IMG/VR virus record: IMGVR_UViG_2545824713_000010
DNA from: a virus
Lineage: Duplodnaviria > Heunggongvirae > Uroviricota > Caudoviricetes
Length of the DNA stretch: 36,682 nt
Strand: one strand, 5' to 3'
Shown piece by piece: positions 27,035 to 35,686 of this stretch. The translations under genes were made by a program, and so were the position numbers. Under the pieces are notes generated by a model that worked only from the letters and a program-made list of their open reading frames with translations, searched no databases and was not told the DNA's origin. Within the stretch, counting starts at the first letter, position 1. Every line of letters begins with the position of its first letter.

Positions 27035-29878
27035 TCAATCTTTATCGTAAAAACTGCCACGCCCGGCACGGGCGCGCCGTTCCATTTCTGCCCTGACCAT
27101 TTCGCCAACCAGTTTCGCCAGTTCACGGGGATTCTGCGTAACAACGTTATGCAGATGAACATGAATTTCACCGCCAAATCCGGAGGCAACAGGCTCCCGG
27201 TTACGGGAAGTTGCAGGAACTGATGCCACTGGCGATCGTATAGCCTCCGCCACCGGGCGGGAGCTGGCCGCAACAACAGGGACCAGCGCCGGAGGCAGCG
27301 GAGCCGGAACTACGGGGGTGATATTAATTGCGGGGGCAGGCTTACTGACCTGCGGAATCTTCCGCTCCTGCCACTCCCCACGAACGGCAAGTGCGCGGGG
27401 CAGGTTCTTAAAGACAATATCGCCGGGGCCAATACGTTTTTTCGTCTCATCAACCAGCTTACCTGTGTTATCAGCAATTTTGCTGAGCCTGCGTAGCGTA
27501 CCGGTATTGTTGTCTGTGAGCGGTTTGTTGTCTTTGGGTTTATCACCTCCGGAGCCATTTCCATTTTCCACAGGCTTCGGCGGATTGATTTTCGCCAGGT
27601 CCCCCTGAAGCAAGGCAACCTTGTCCTGAAGAATGGCCGCACGCTGTGCGTCTTCGATTTTCTTTCTCGCCCGTTCCGCTTCATCCGGAAGCACTCCGAG
27701 CTTTTCAAGTATCCACGCCAGTGAATCCATCAATGCTTTTGTTGGTGTCAGGACAAGCTCTATCGCTCCACCAAGTACCCTGCCAAATACCTCGCCAGCA
27801 CTGGTACATTTATCCAGCGTTTCCTTGCTGGACTCCATCGGTGACAGCAGCGATTTAAACCAGTTAAACACCTGGCTGATCCCGCTTCCGATTGCGTCAA
27901 AAACAGGACCGAACCGTTCAAAGGTTTCGCGCAACGGAGCCAGCCGTTCCATAATCCCACTGAACACCCCTGCATAAAACGCCTTGATGGGTTCCCAGTA
28001 TTTCCAGATGAGAACCGCCGCAGCCACAAACGCAGCAGCAATCAATCCGACCGGGCTGAACAGCGCCCCGATAGCGCCCCCCAGTAACGAAACGGAACCC
28101 GTCACCATTCCCCATAGTGCTGGCAGGAGCCTGACAGCATTCATTGATCCGGTCAGGAGGGAAAAGCCAAGACGCAGTTTTGCCAGCGGGCCAGCAAGCA
28201 CACCAATAGCCAGCGACAACGAGCCGACCGTTGCAGTCATCGCCAGCAACGCCCCACCTGCAATCAGTAGCTGGCGCGTCAGTGCCGGATGGGCCTGCGC
28301 CAGCGCCGTCACCTTTGATACCACCCGCGTGAGCCACTGCGTGACAGAACGCAGCGGACCGTCAATCAGATCTGCAATGCGGATGCGCAACCCTTCCCAT
28401 GCACTGCCGAGTGATTTCAGATCGCCGTCAAGGTTGTTGGCCATAACCTTTGCCGTGCGTTCAGCCTCACCGCGTGCGCCTTCAAGTTCTTTTCTCAGTT
28501 TAGGTAAGGATCCGTCACCTGCCGCATCAACGAGGGCCATAAATGATGTGAAAGCCTCTTCTCCGGCAATGTCCTTAAAGAACGATACCCGATCAACTTC
28601 TCCGTATTTGCGGGTGGCTTTATAAAGGTCAGTCAGCAGATCTTCCATCGGGCGCATTTTGCCCCCGGCATCCGAGACAGACACGCCCAGCTCTTTCAGC
28701 GCCTCTGCTGCCGCCTTTGGCGGTGATGCCAGACGAGCCAGGCTGGCACGCATTGCCGTCCCGGCATCACTTCCCCTGATACCCATATTCGCCAGCACGC
28801 CCGCCATCGCTGCGGCCTGCTCCAGCGATATTCCCAGCTTACCCGCCACCGGACCTGCATATTTCATGGTTTCGCCCAGTGCGCGAAGGTCAGTGTTGGT
28901 ACGGGTAAACGCTGCAGTGAGTGTGTCACCGACCCGGTCCATCTGGTCAGCAGAAAGGCCGAACTGCGTCAGGATATTTGAGCCAATATCCGCCGTCTCG
29001 CCGAGATCCATACCGCCAGCCGTTGCCATGCTCAACACGCCGGGAAGCGCAGCCTGAATGGCCTGCGGTGTGAAGCCAGCCATTGCAAGAAATGCCTGCC
29101 CACTGGCGGCATCGCCTGCGGTGAACTGCGTTTCAGAGCCAAGTTTTAACGCCTGCTCACGCAGCGCCTTAAACTGCGGGCTGTTCTGGTCGATTCGCGT
29201 CAGCGCCTGAACGCGGGACATCTCTTTCCCGAACCCGATCGCAGGCTGCAAAAAACGCCCGGCAGCATAGCCGCCCGCCGCTGCCGCACCAGTTGCCAGC
29301 GCACCACCTGTTTTCAGTTTTCCCGCGGTTTCCTGCACGCGCGAATACCGCTCACGCGCCCGCGTTACACGCGCAAGCGCCTGCCGTTCGCGTTCAAGCT
29401 GGTTGTTGTACTGTTCGGTGCGTCTGATGGCCTGCTGGATGGTGTTATCGCTGCCTGTCAGGGAAATGCCGTGGCGTTTCAGCTCTCCGCCAAGCTCCCG
29501 CATTTTCTGAATTTCCCGTGTGCGCGATTCATTCAGGCGTTCAAGCCGGGTGCTTAACTGCTGCATCAGCTTTTGTTGTTTTTCGCTGAGCACTGTACCC
29601 GTGCGTTGTAACTGATTAAGGGCGTTAAGCTGGCGTCGCGCTTTCACGATGCCCGCATCCGCTGTACTGACAGCGTCGCGGGCGCGCTCAAATGAACGCG
29701 CCTGACGCTCGAGATTTTTGATCGCCCCCTGCGTTCGCTGGATGGAGTCACCAAACCGCCCCATCAGGCGGCGGGCGTTTTCGGCAGGCCGGGTCAGCCT
29801 GTCAACGGCGCTGAAAGCGACCCGGATATCAAGAGTCTTCATTATCTGCATTCCCGCTGCGAAGTGCCGCCCGCTCAC
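27035..29878 (-). CDS. T: Tail tape measure protein, P2 gpT-like
   Basis: 947 aa; coiled-coil N-terminus, Ala/Gly-rich hydrophobic central region; follows the E/E' chaperone pair. Confidence 0.85.
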   Translation of the reverse strand: MSGRHFAAGMQIMKTLDIRVAFSAVDRLTRPAENARRLMGRFGDSIQRTQGAIKNLERQARSFERARDAVSTADAGIVKARRQLNALNQLQRTGTVLSEKQQKLMQQLSTRLERLNESRTREIQKMRELGGELKRHGISLTGSDNTIQQAIRRTEQYNNQLERERQALARVTRARERYSRVQETAGKLKTGGALATGAAAAGGYAAGRFLQPAIGFGKEMSRVQALTRIDQNSPQFKALREQALKLGSETQFTAGDAASGQAFLAMAGFTPQAIQAALPGVLSMATAGGMDLGETADIGSNILTQFGLSADQMDRVGDTLTAAFTRTNTDLRALGETMKYAGPVAGKLGISLEQAAAMAGVLANMGIRGSDAGTAMRASLARLASPPKAAAEALKELGVSVSDAGGKMRPMEDLLTDLYKATRKYGEVDRVSFFKDIAGEEAFTSFMALVDAAGDGSLPKLRKELEGARGEAERTAKVMANNLDGDLKSLGSAWEGLRIRIADLIDGPLRSVTQWLTRVVSKVTALAQAHPALTRQLLIAGGALLAMTATVGSLSLAIGVLAGPLAKLRLGFSLLTGSMNAVRLLPALWGMVTGSVSLLGGAIGALFSPVGLIAAAFVAAAVLIWKYWEPIKAFYAGVFSGIMERLAPLRETFERFGPVFDAIGSGISQVFNWFKSLLSPMESSKETLDKCTSAGEVFGRVLGGAIELVLTPTKALMDSLAWILEKLGVLPDEAERARKKIEDAQRAAILQDKVALLQGDLAKINPPKPVENGNGSGGDKPKDNKPLTDNNTGTLRRLSKIADNTGKLVDETKKRIGPGDIVFKNLPRALAVRGEWQERKIPQVSKPAPAINITPVVPAPLPPALVPVVAASSRPVAEAIRSPVASVPATSRNREPVASGFGGEIHVHLHNVVTQNPRELAKLVGEMVRAEMERRARAGRGSFYDKD

Positions 29879-30065
29879 GCCAGCTAACCACTTCGCCGGG
29901 CGTCATCATGAAGATTTCGGCGGGCGACCAGTTAAAAATAACGGCAATATCTGCCACAAAGTCTTCTATGTGCTCAAAGCACACAACCGTGATCAGGCTT
30001 CCGTCGCCTGTTCGTTCTTCCCGCCAGAGTCCGCACCGCTCAAAAAATTTACGGCAACCACACAT
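29829..30065 (-). CDS. E' extension reached by programmed -1 frameshift (E+E' product)
   Basis: The -1 frame ORF 29829..30065 overlaps the E 3' end; slippery T TTT TTG on the minus strand at 30041..30047, as in P2 E/E' and the lambda G/GT paradigm. Confidence 0.55.
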   Translation of the reverse strand: MCGCRKFFERCGLWREERTGDGSLITVVCFEHIEDFVADIAVIFNWSPAEIFMMTPGEVVSWRERAALRSGNADNEDS

Positions 30066-30358
30066 AACTGAATAAAGTCACGGGATGCCATTTTTTTGAT
30101 CGTCACTTCATCCAGTCGCGGTGATGTCACGCGTGACAGCAGCGTAAACATGGATTCCGCTTTCAGATTCAGCACATCAGACAGCGACAAATCTCGCAGA
30201 GATCCAGCCTGCTCAATAGCCCCGGTGATCTCCACATACGTGATTTTTTCGCCGCCTCGCTCAATTGGTTGGGTAAGTTTTACGCCACGCTCACTGGTTT
30301 CTTTCACAGTGTCAGTAACTACCGTGTTTTCGGTATCGATGTTTTTCGTCTCTTTCAT
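29993..30358 (-). CDS. E: Tail assembly chaperone, P2 gpE-like (frame 0 product)
   Basis: 121 aa between the tail tube and tape measure genes; contains the slippery T-run. Confidence 0.7.
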   Translation of the reverse strand: MKETKNIDTENTVVTDTVKETSERGVKLTQPIERGGEKITYVEITGAIEQAGSLRDLSLSDVLNLKAESMFTLLSRVTSPRLDEVTIKKMASRDFIQLCVVAVNFLSGADSGGKNEQATEA

Positions 30359-30412
30359 CAGGAAACTCCTTTCAGTCAGAGGCGACGCACTGCGCCGCCT
30401 GCATATTACTTA

Positions 30413-30925
30413 TCAGCCAAGCCCAAGCGCGGAACGGATGCGATCGGGCACAATGTCCTTGCCGTCCTTCCGGTAAATGAAGTTCAGCAGGTCAATCTCC
30501 CACAACGGGCGATCGTTAACGCTCAGCTTGTAGTAGGTGTTTTTAATGGCGTAAGTGTGTGATGTGGCTTCGCCCTGTTTGGCTTCCCCCATATCAATTT
30601 CCGTCACACGTCCGCGCATTTCGACTTCATACAGGTCGCTTTCTGCATCGGTGTAGTATTCACCCGCAAAACGCAGCAGCGTGCCGTCAATCGTGCCGCC
30701 ATACTTAAGGAACAGCTCACGAACTGCGCCCCCCATGACAAAGCTCGCATCAAGCGCGGAGTCGTCCAGACCGAGATCAATACTTACCGCCCCCATCATG
30801 CCACCACCCCGGTAGCTGTCGGTTTTGCGCGTCAGTTTGGGCAGAGTGACGGACGTCACCTTACCCACTTCGTTTTCACCATCCACAAACAGCGTAAAAA
30901 AGCGAAGATGTTTTGGCACAGCCAT
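30413..30925 (-). CDS. FII: Tail tube protein, P2 gpFII-like
   Basis: 170 aa (P2 FII is about 172 aa); immediately downstream of the sheath gene. Confidence 0.85.
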   Translation of the reverse strand: MAVPKHLRFFTLFVDGENEVGKVTSVTLPKLTRKTDSYRGGGMMGAVSIDLGLDDSALDASFVMGGAVRELFLKYGGTIDGTLLRFAGEYYTDAESDLYEVEMRGRVTEIDMGEAKQGEATSHTYAIKNTYYKLSVNDRPLWEIDLLNFIYRKDGKDIVPDRIRSALGLG

Positions 30926-32109
30926 CAGGCACCTCCCAGCACCGCAAATGCGGGTTCAAAGTATTCATCAGTAAACGTCTGGTAAAGCTCCATATCTTCC
31001 AGCGGGGGAACAGGCGTATATTTGTAGCGAATACGCACACGCCCCTGACGTAAATCCGTGGTGCTGTTATCCACCACGTCATACCAGCACTCCGCGCCAA
31101 TCAGTTTCCCGGCAGTCACCAGTGAATCCAGTTTTGCCCTGATGGCGCTGATAACATCCTTCACGTTCGCAGGCGTCAGTGGACTGTCGATGGTTTCAAA
31201 CTGCGCTTCCGCAATTGAATCAGCCAGCACCTGTGCGGTTCGGGTATACACCTCAAAGATGTAGGCGTTCGTTTCCGGTGTGCGGTTGCCCCAGAAGCGG
31301 AACCCGTTGCGACGAATAATGGTCGTGATTTCTTTGTTATTGAGGCTGTTGGCATCACTGTCTTCGGCCTGCAACGACCAGAACACATGCCTCGACATCC
31401 CCAGCACATTTTTAACCGGAACGTTGGACAGCGATTTGTGCCAGCCCTGCTCATGGTCAATGTACGCACGAAGGCCGCACGCATAAGCAGGAGCGGGGAA
31501 CGTTTCGTTTTTGCCACTTTTCGGGTTGTAGGCGATGAAGTCCGGCCATAAGAGCATCACCTCACGTTCGTTGAATTTCTGGCGGTAGGTAATTGCCTCA
31601 GCCATCGTGTTACAGTCATGACATGAGGCATACACAAACGCGCGCAGTTTACCCGCAATCACGCACAGGGATTTTGTCACCGCCTCCGTGTCCAGCTCCG
31701 GCGCGGCCAGAATACGCGGACGGTATCCGATGCTTTCATCCTGCTCTGCAACAAGCAGCGCATACATCCCCGTATAGCTGCCGTCAGATTCAGAACCACC
31801 GATAACCAGTTGATCCTGCGTCTTACCGCCTTCTTCTTTGTGTTCAGCCACGCGAACGACGATCACCTTTGTGCTCACCTGGTCTGCGATGGCCTTAAGC
31901 GCACGATAAAGCGTCCCCGTTGTCCCGCATTTTCCCAGCACGTCATTGACGCGGGTCAGCAATGTGGGCTTGTTCAGCGGGAACAGCTTCGCGTCCGCAT
32001 CATCCGCCGTTGCCACGATACCGATAACACTGGAATCAACATCATTAATCGCTGTTACCAGGTCGGTATTTTCCGTAACACGGGCACCATGAAAACGAGT
32101 TTCACTCAT
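30925..32109 (-). CDS. FI: Contractile tail sheath protein, P2 gpFI-like
   Basis: 394 aa; FPLNKP, LRAF.Y, WPDF, EQGWHK.LSNV, IRR.GFRFWGNRT and YTPVPPLE match P2 FI as recalled. Confidence 0.9.
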   Translation of the reverse strand: MSETRFHGARVTENTDLVTAINDVDSSVIGIVATADDADAKLFPLNKPTLLTRVNDVLGKCGTTGTLYRALKAIADQVSTKVIVVRVAEHKEEGGKTQDQLVIGGSESDGSYTGMYALLVAEQDESIGYRPRILAAPELDTEAVTKSLCVIAGKLRAFVYASCHDCNTMAEAITYRQKFNEREVMLLWPDFIAYNPKSGKNETFPAPAYACGLRAYIDHEQGWHKSLSNVPVKNVLGMSRHVFWSLQAEDSDANSLNNKEITTIIRRNGFRFWGNRTPETNAYIFEVYTRTAQVLADSIAEAQFETIDSPLTPANVKDVISAIRAKLDSLVTAGKLIGAECWYDVVDNSTTDLRQGRVRIRYKYTPVPPLEDMELYQTFTDEYFEPAFAVLGGA

Positions 32110-32266
32110 AGCTTCAGCCCCTTGTATCCGTTAAATGATTCGGCAACAATCATCACCCACCACGCGCGTAATCTCACCCCCTGCGCCGTTCTCCCGCCAC
32201 GGCGACAACAAAAAGCAGTAACCCCCTCCGCACGCACATGCGACCATGCCGCACAGGGAGGGAAAG

Positions 32267-33376
32267 ATGACCGACACCACCATGCAATTGCTCAGTCAGA
32301 GCACAGACCCCGTGAAAATGCCGGATTTTGATATTCTCGCGGAGGGGGAAACGCTGTCCGGCGTGGCAGAGCGCCTGATGAGTCTGTCACTGACCGACAA
32401 CCGGGGATTTGAAGCGGACCAGCTCACCATCACGCTGGATGATGCGGATGGTCAGTTGCAGCTACCGCCACGGGGCGCGCGCCTGACGGTTCTCATTGGC
32501 TGGAAAGGAGAACCGCTGACAGAAAAAGGCACTTACATTGTTGATGAAATCGCTCACGAAGGACCGCCGGACAGGCTGACGGTTTCAGCCAGAAGCGCAG
32601 ATTTTCGGGGTGAATTTAACGTTAAACGTGAGGTGTCCTGGCATGATGTGACCGTTGAGCGAGTGGTATCCGCCATCGCTCATCGGTACGGTCTGAAACC
32701 GCAAATCAGCGAAATGCTGATGGATATCGAAATCGACCACGCCGACCAGACCGAAGAAAGTGACATGTCCTTCCTTACGCGCATGGCGGAAATGCTGGGC
32801 GCAATCACCACGGTAAAAAGCGGTAATCTGTTATTCATCATGCCCGGCGGTGGCGTGAACGCACAGGGCCAGCCGTTGCCATCGTTCGCCATCACACGCA
32901 GCAGCGGCGATCGCCATCAGTTTCGCATTGCTGACCGCGAGGCGTATACGGGGGTACGCGCTTACTGGCTTGATCTTAATTACGGGAAAAAGAAAAAAGT
33001 CAGCGTGAAACGCCGCAAACCGCCAAAACCCAAAAAGGAGAAAAGCAGCAGCCGTGAAGGTGATTATATGGAAGGCGCAGAAGGCAATGTGTTTGTGTTA
33101 CGCAAGACTTATCAGAACGAGCAGGCAGCAAGACGCGCAGCAGCGGCAAAATGGCAGCAGCTACAACGCGGAGCCGCATCATTCTCCATCACGCTGGCGC
33201 GTGGACGCGCAGAACTCTATCCCGAAATGCATGGCACGGTGAAAGGCTTCAAAAGTGACATCGACAATCAGGACTGGATTATTGCAAAAGCTGAGCACAC
33301 CATTGATAACAGCGGCTTTACCACACAGCTTGAGCTTGAGGCAAAAATCCCGGAATGGATAGCGGAAACAGAGTGA
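32267..33376 (+). CDS. D: Tail protein D (late control gene D family)
   Basis: ORF 32246..33376; the ATG at 32267 has RBS gggaggg; about 369 aa. Confidence 0.85.
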   Translation: MTDTTMQLLSQSTDPVKMPDFDILAEGETLSGVAERLMSLSLTDNRGFEADQLTITLDDADGQLQLPPRGARLTVLIGWKGEPLTEKGTYIVDEIAHEGPPDRLTVSARSADFRGEFNVKREVSWHDVTVERVVSAIAHRYGLKPQISEMLMDIEIDHADQTEESDMSFLTRMAEMLGAITTVKSGNLLFIMPGGGVNAQGQPLPSFAITRSSGDRHQFRIADREAYTGVRAYWLDLNYGKKKKVSVKRRKPPKPKKEKSSSREGDYMEGAEGNVFVLRKTYQNEQAARRAAAAKWQQLQRGAASFSITLARGRAELYPEMHGTVKGFKSDIDNQDWIIAKAEHTIDNSGFTTQLELEAKIPEWIAETE

Positions 33377-33418
33377 AGAACTTAGAATAGCGGCAGCACC
33401 ACGTTAAGGGAGGTCGCT

Positions 33419-33679
33419 ATGTTCCGTTGTCCGCTTTGTGGCGCATCTGCCCGTATCCGCACCAGTCGTCCGGAAAATGATTCAAACACCGTGCGGCAAA
33501 AGTATTACCAGTGTAACAACCTGGAATGCGGCGTATGCTTCTCAACACTGGAAGCCTTCCATAAATTCACATCGAAACACGCCTCCGGCGTTCACTCATC
33601 AGAAGGTATTCCGTGGCATGAGCTGCCAGCTTCACACAGGGGAAACAATCAGATGAGTTTGCCTTTACCTCAGAATTAA
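33419..33679 (+). CDS. ogr: Ogr/Delta-type zinc-finger late-gene activator
   Basis: MFRCPLCGA...YYQCNNLECG gives a C-x2-C...C-x4-C zinc motif matching P2 Ogr as recalled (MFHCPLC...YHQCQNVNC). Confidence 0.8.
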   Translation: MFRCPLCGASARIRTSRPENDSNTVRQKYYQCNNLECGVCFSTLEAFHKFTSKHASGVHSSEGIPWHELPASHRGNNQMSLPLPQN

Positions 33680-33767
33680 CAGGCAGAATTGCCGGAGTAA
33701 CAAAAAAGCGATAGATTACGTGCGGGTGCCTTTCGGCTGATGGTCGGAGGGAATACCCGAAGGCCAG

Positions 33768-33953
33768 ATGTGGAAAGGCCCCGAGTCAACTTTAACGTTA
33801 ACCCGAGGCCCTAACCATCTACCCTTAGCAAGTGATAGGTTAGCGCCTCCCCGAAAAAGGAGCAAGCGCTATGTCGCAAAAATCGCTTACGGCCATCACG
33901 TTCTGCGTGACGGCAATCCTCATCATCTGGATGCTGCACGGTTCGCTGTGTGA
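33768..33953 (+). CDS. Possible mok-like overlapping reading frame of the hok-like locus
   Basis: 61-aa ORF in a different frame that overlaps the hok-like start, the arrangement seen for mok/hok; weak evidence. Confidence 0.3.
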   Translation: MWKGPESTLTLTRGPNHLPLASDRLAPPRKRSKRYVAKIAYGHHVLRDGNPHHLDAARFAV

Positions 33954-34011
33954 AATACGGATGAGCTTCTGGGGAGCGGAGTTTGCGGCGTTCTTACAGT
34001 GTAAGCAGTAA
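33871..34011 (+). CDS. Hok/Gef-family type I toxin-like small membrane protein (46 aa)
   Basis: MSQKSLTAITFCVTAILIIWMLHGSLCEIRMSFWGAEFAAFLQCKQ: a hydrophobic helix then SLCEIR and EFAAF, matching Hok (KSLCEIR...EVAAF) as recalled; RBS aaggag; below the ORF-track cutoff. Confidence 0.6.
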   Translation: MSQKSLTAITFCVTAILIIWMLHGSLCEIRMSFWGAEFAAFLQCKQ

Positions 34012-34020
34012 GGAAACCGC

Positions 34021-34042
34021 GACGGGGGAGTAATCCCCCGTC
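34021..34042 (+). terminator. Stable hairpin after the hok-like stop (gacggggga gtaa tcccccgtc)
   Basis: Perfect 9-bp GC stem immediately 3' of the toxin ORF; no clear U-tract. Confidence 0.4.
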
Positions 34043-34188
34043 AATCAGTTGCCGGGATAAGGTCGATAAGGCATCCTGTCTCACTCTATACCAGCTAATC
34101 AATTGACACATATCAATAAAAAGCCTGATAAAATCAAAATATTTTGTTACAAATGTCAGCTAGTAGAGGGCCAAAGGAGGCAGATTAT

Positions 34189-34521
34189 ATGGCATTAATC
34201 AAATGTCCTGAATGCCAGAAAGAGGTGATCGATTCAGTATTGTCTTGCCCTGCTTGTGGCAAACAACTGAAAAATCTTAAACGCTCATTTTTTGGAGAAC
34301 TCATTAAGTGTTTTTTTATATTATTTAATATTTTTATAATCTACACGATTTGTATTGGGCTAAGAGAGGTGGGTGAAATAATAAACAACGCCACATCCGA
34401 TGTCGAAAAAGCCGGTACAGTTATTGGTACGGGCTTAGGTTTAATTGCTATTGGAGGCTTATGGGTTATTGGCAATATCATTATCGGAAATTTAGTATTT
34501 CTTACTAAACCAAAGGGATAA
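34189..34521 (+). CDS. Zinc-ribbon membrane protein (CPEC...CPAC then two TM segments)
   Basis: ATG with RBS aaggagg; AT-rich gene; the N-terminal C-x2-C-x13-C-x2-C is followed by hydrophobic and Gly-rich helices. Confidence 0.55.
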   Translation: MALIKCPECQKEVIDSVLSCPACGKQLKNLKRSFFGELIKCFFILFNIFIIYTICIGLREVGEIINNATSDVEKAGTVIGTGLGLIAIGGLWVIGNIIIGNLVFLTKPKG

Positions 34522-34525
34522 CAAA

Positions 34526-35419
34526 ATGAAAAATGTGATTATTTCTATAGGCGCATCATTTATATCAATTAGTGTGCTACCTGCTCACGCAGCAACTGAG
34601 CATAATAACTTTAAGTCATCACTCCAGTGCCGAGCAATAGAAAATAATAAAGAAAGACTTTCTTGTTATGATAAGTCAATACAACCGACTCGAACGACAG
34701 TTGCTGAAAAATTCGAAAGCAGAGATCAATGCCCTGATGAGAAAGATGATGACAGACGTTTATCTTGTTATGACCGTTTTTTTTCTCCAACATTTACTCC
34801 GCCTGTAAGCTCAAAATCTAAAGTGAAACAGCTAGTAACAACAGAGACTCAGCAACCAAATCTTTCTGAGATATCTAAATGTCGAGCAGAAAACGATAAA
34901 GAAACTAGAGTAAACTGCTACGATAAACTATTTTCACAGGAAAAAGCTACGCAATCTAAATCAAAATTAGAGAAAGCCACAGACTCAGGAAAATGGCACA
35001 CATCCATTACTACATCGCCAATTGATGATTCGAAAAATGTAATTTTATCGTTAGAAAGTGATGATTATATAAGAACTCCATTTGGAGAAGCGGTTACCCC
35101 TACTCTGTTTATAGCTTGCCGAGAAAAGAAAACCGAAGTATTTCTTAATTGGGATGTATATTTAGGCCTTGAACAAACCAGCATGCTGTATCGCCTTGAT
35201 AAACAGAAAGCAGTTGAGCGAAACTGGCTAGTATCTACAGATACAAAGGCTGTTTTTTATAAAGGCAATGACATTAACTTCATCAGAAAACTAGCCAACT
35301 CAAACAAAATGTATGCAAGAATAACCCCTTATAATGAAAGCCCTGTAAGTGCAACTTTCAATTTAAACGGCCTGTCAACCACGCTAAAACCGCTTCAAGA
35401 AGCCTGTAACTGGAAATAG
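34526..35419 (+). CDS. Secreted/periplasmic protein with three Cys-pair repeats (C-x9-11-R/V-x-CYD)
   Basis: N-terminal signal peptide ending AHA-ATE; repeats LQCRAIENNKERLSCYDK, QCPDEKDDDRRLSCYDR and KCRAENDKETRVNCYDK; AT-rich. Confidence 0.6.
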   Translation: MKNVIISIGASFISISVLPAHAATEHNNFKSSLQCRAIENNKERLSCYDKSIQPTRTTVAEKFESRDQCPDEKDDDRRLSCYDRFFSPTFTPPVSSKSKVKQLVTTETQQPNLSEISKCRAENDKETRVNCYDKLFSQEKATQSKSKLEKATDSGKWHTSITTSPIDDSKNVILSLESDDYIRTPFGEAVTPTLFIACREKKTEVFLNWDVYLGLEQTSMLYRLDKQKAVERNWLVSTDTKAVFYKGNDINFIRKLANSNKMYARITPYNESPVSATFNLNGLSTTLKPLQEACNWK

Positions 35420-35447
35420 TATAAATCATGCGGCTAAGCCACAATCA

Positions 35448-35487
35448 CAGATAACACAAAGCCCGTGAAAACGGGCTTTGTGTTATC
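35448..35487. terminator. 17-bp perfect inverted repeat hairpin (agataacacaaagcccg tgaaaa cgggctttgtgttatct)
   Basis: Read directly from the sequence; lies between the last cargo gene and the attR core. Confidence 0.5.
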
Positions 35488-35501
35488 TATAACTCGAAAA
35501 T

Positions 35502-35519
35502 GTGGTCACTGCGTGGACA
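35502..35519. other. Putative att core copy (gtggtcactgcgtggaca), right prophage boundary
   Basis: 17 of 18 identical to 11..28; phage-type genes stop here and a host-like gene follows. Confidence 0.45.
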
Positions 35520-35686
35520 TGCGCCGATACAAATCCTTTTATATCAAAAAGTTAAATCAACATCTTTTTCATCAACAAGGATTTTCACGTTTGTGTTACC
35601 TGTATGAGACGAGAGTTAACCGGACAAGTGTGCCATAATCTCGCGGCCAGGCATACTTGCGAAGATTTCAGGTATAAGGATACGTA

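Larger units (their letters stand above)
1..35519. mobile_element. P2-like integrated prophage (complete or near-complete); window begins at the integrase stop codon
   Basis: Full P2-type gene complement in P2 prophage order (int, C, cox, A, Q, P, O, N, M, L, X, lysis, R, S, V, W, J, I, H, G, FI, FII, E, T, U, D, ogr), bounded by an 18-bp repeat with one mismatch at 11..28 and 35502..35519. Confidence 0.8.

Noticed and set aside
27984-29057. Plus-strand ORFs of 213 and 132 aa
   Set aside because: Antisense to the tape measure gene; Ala/Ser/Pro-rich translation typical of reverse frames of Ala/Gly-rich tape measure regions.
32110-32266. Possibility that the invertase created the tail-block inversion through a second pair of gix-like sites
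   Set aside because: No sequence resembling the ttcctgtaaaccgagg crossover core was found at the FI/D junction or the invertase/U junction, so the block orientation cannot be attributed to this recombinase from the sequence.
35480-35530. tRNA gene as integration target at the att site
   Set aside because: Flanking sequence shows no cloverleaf-compatible structure or conserved tRNA boxes; the att core instead overlaps the int coding end.
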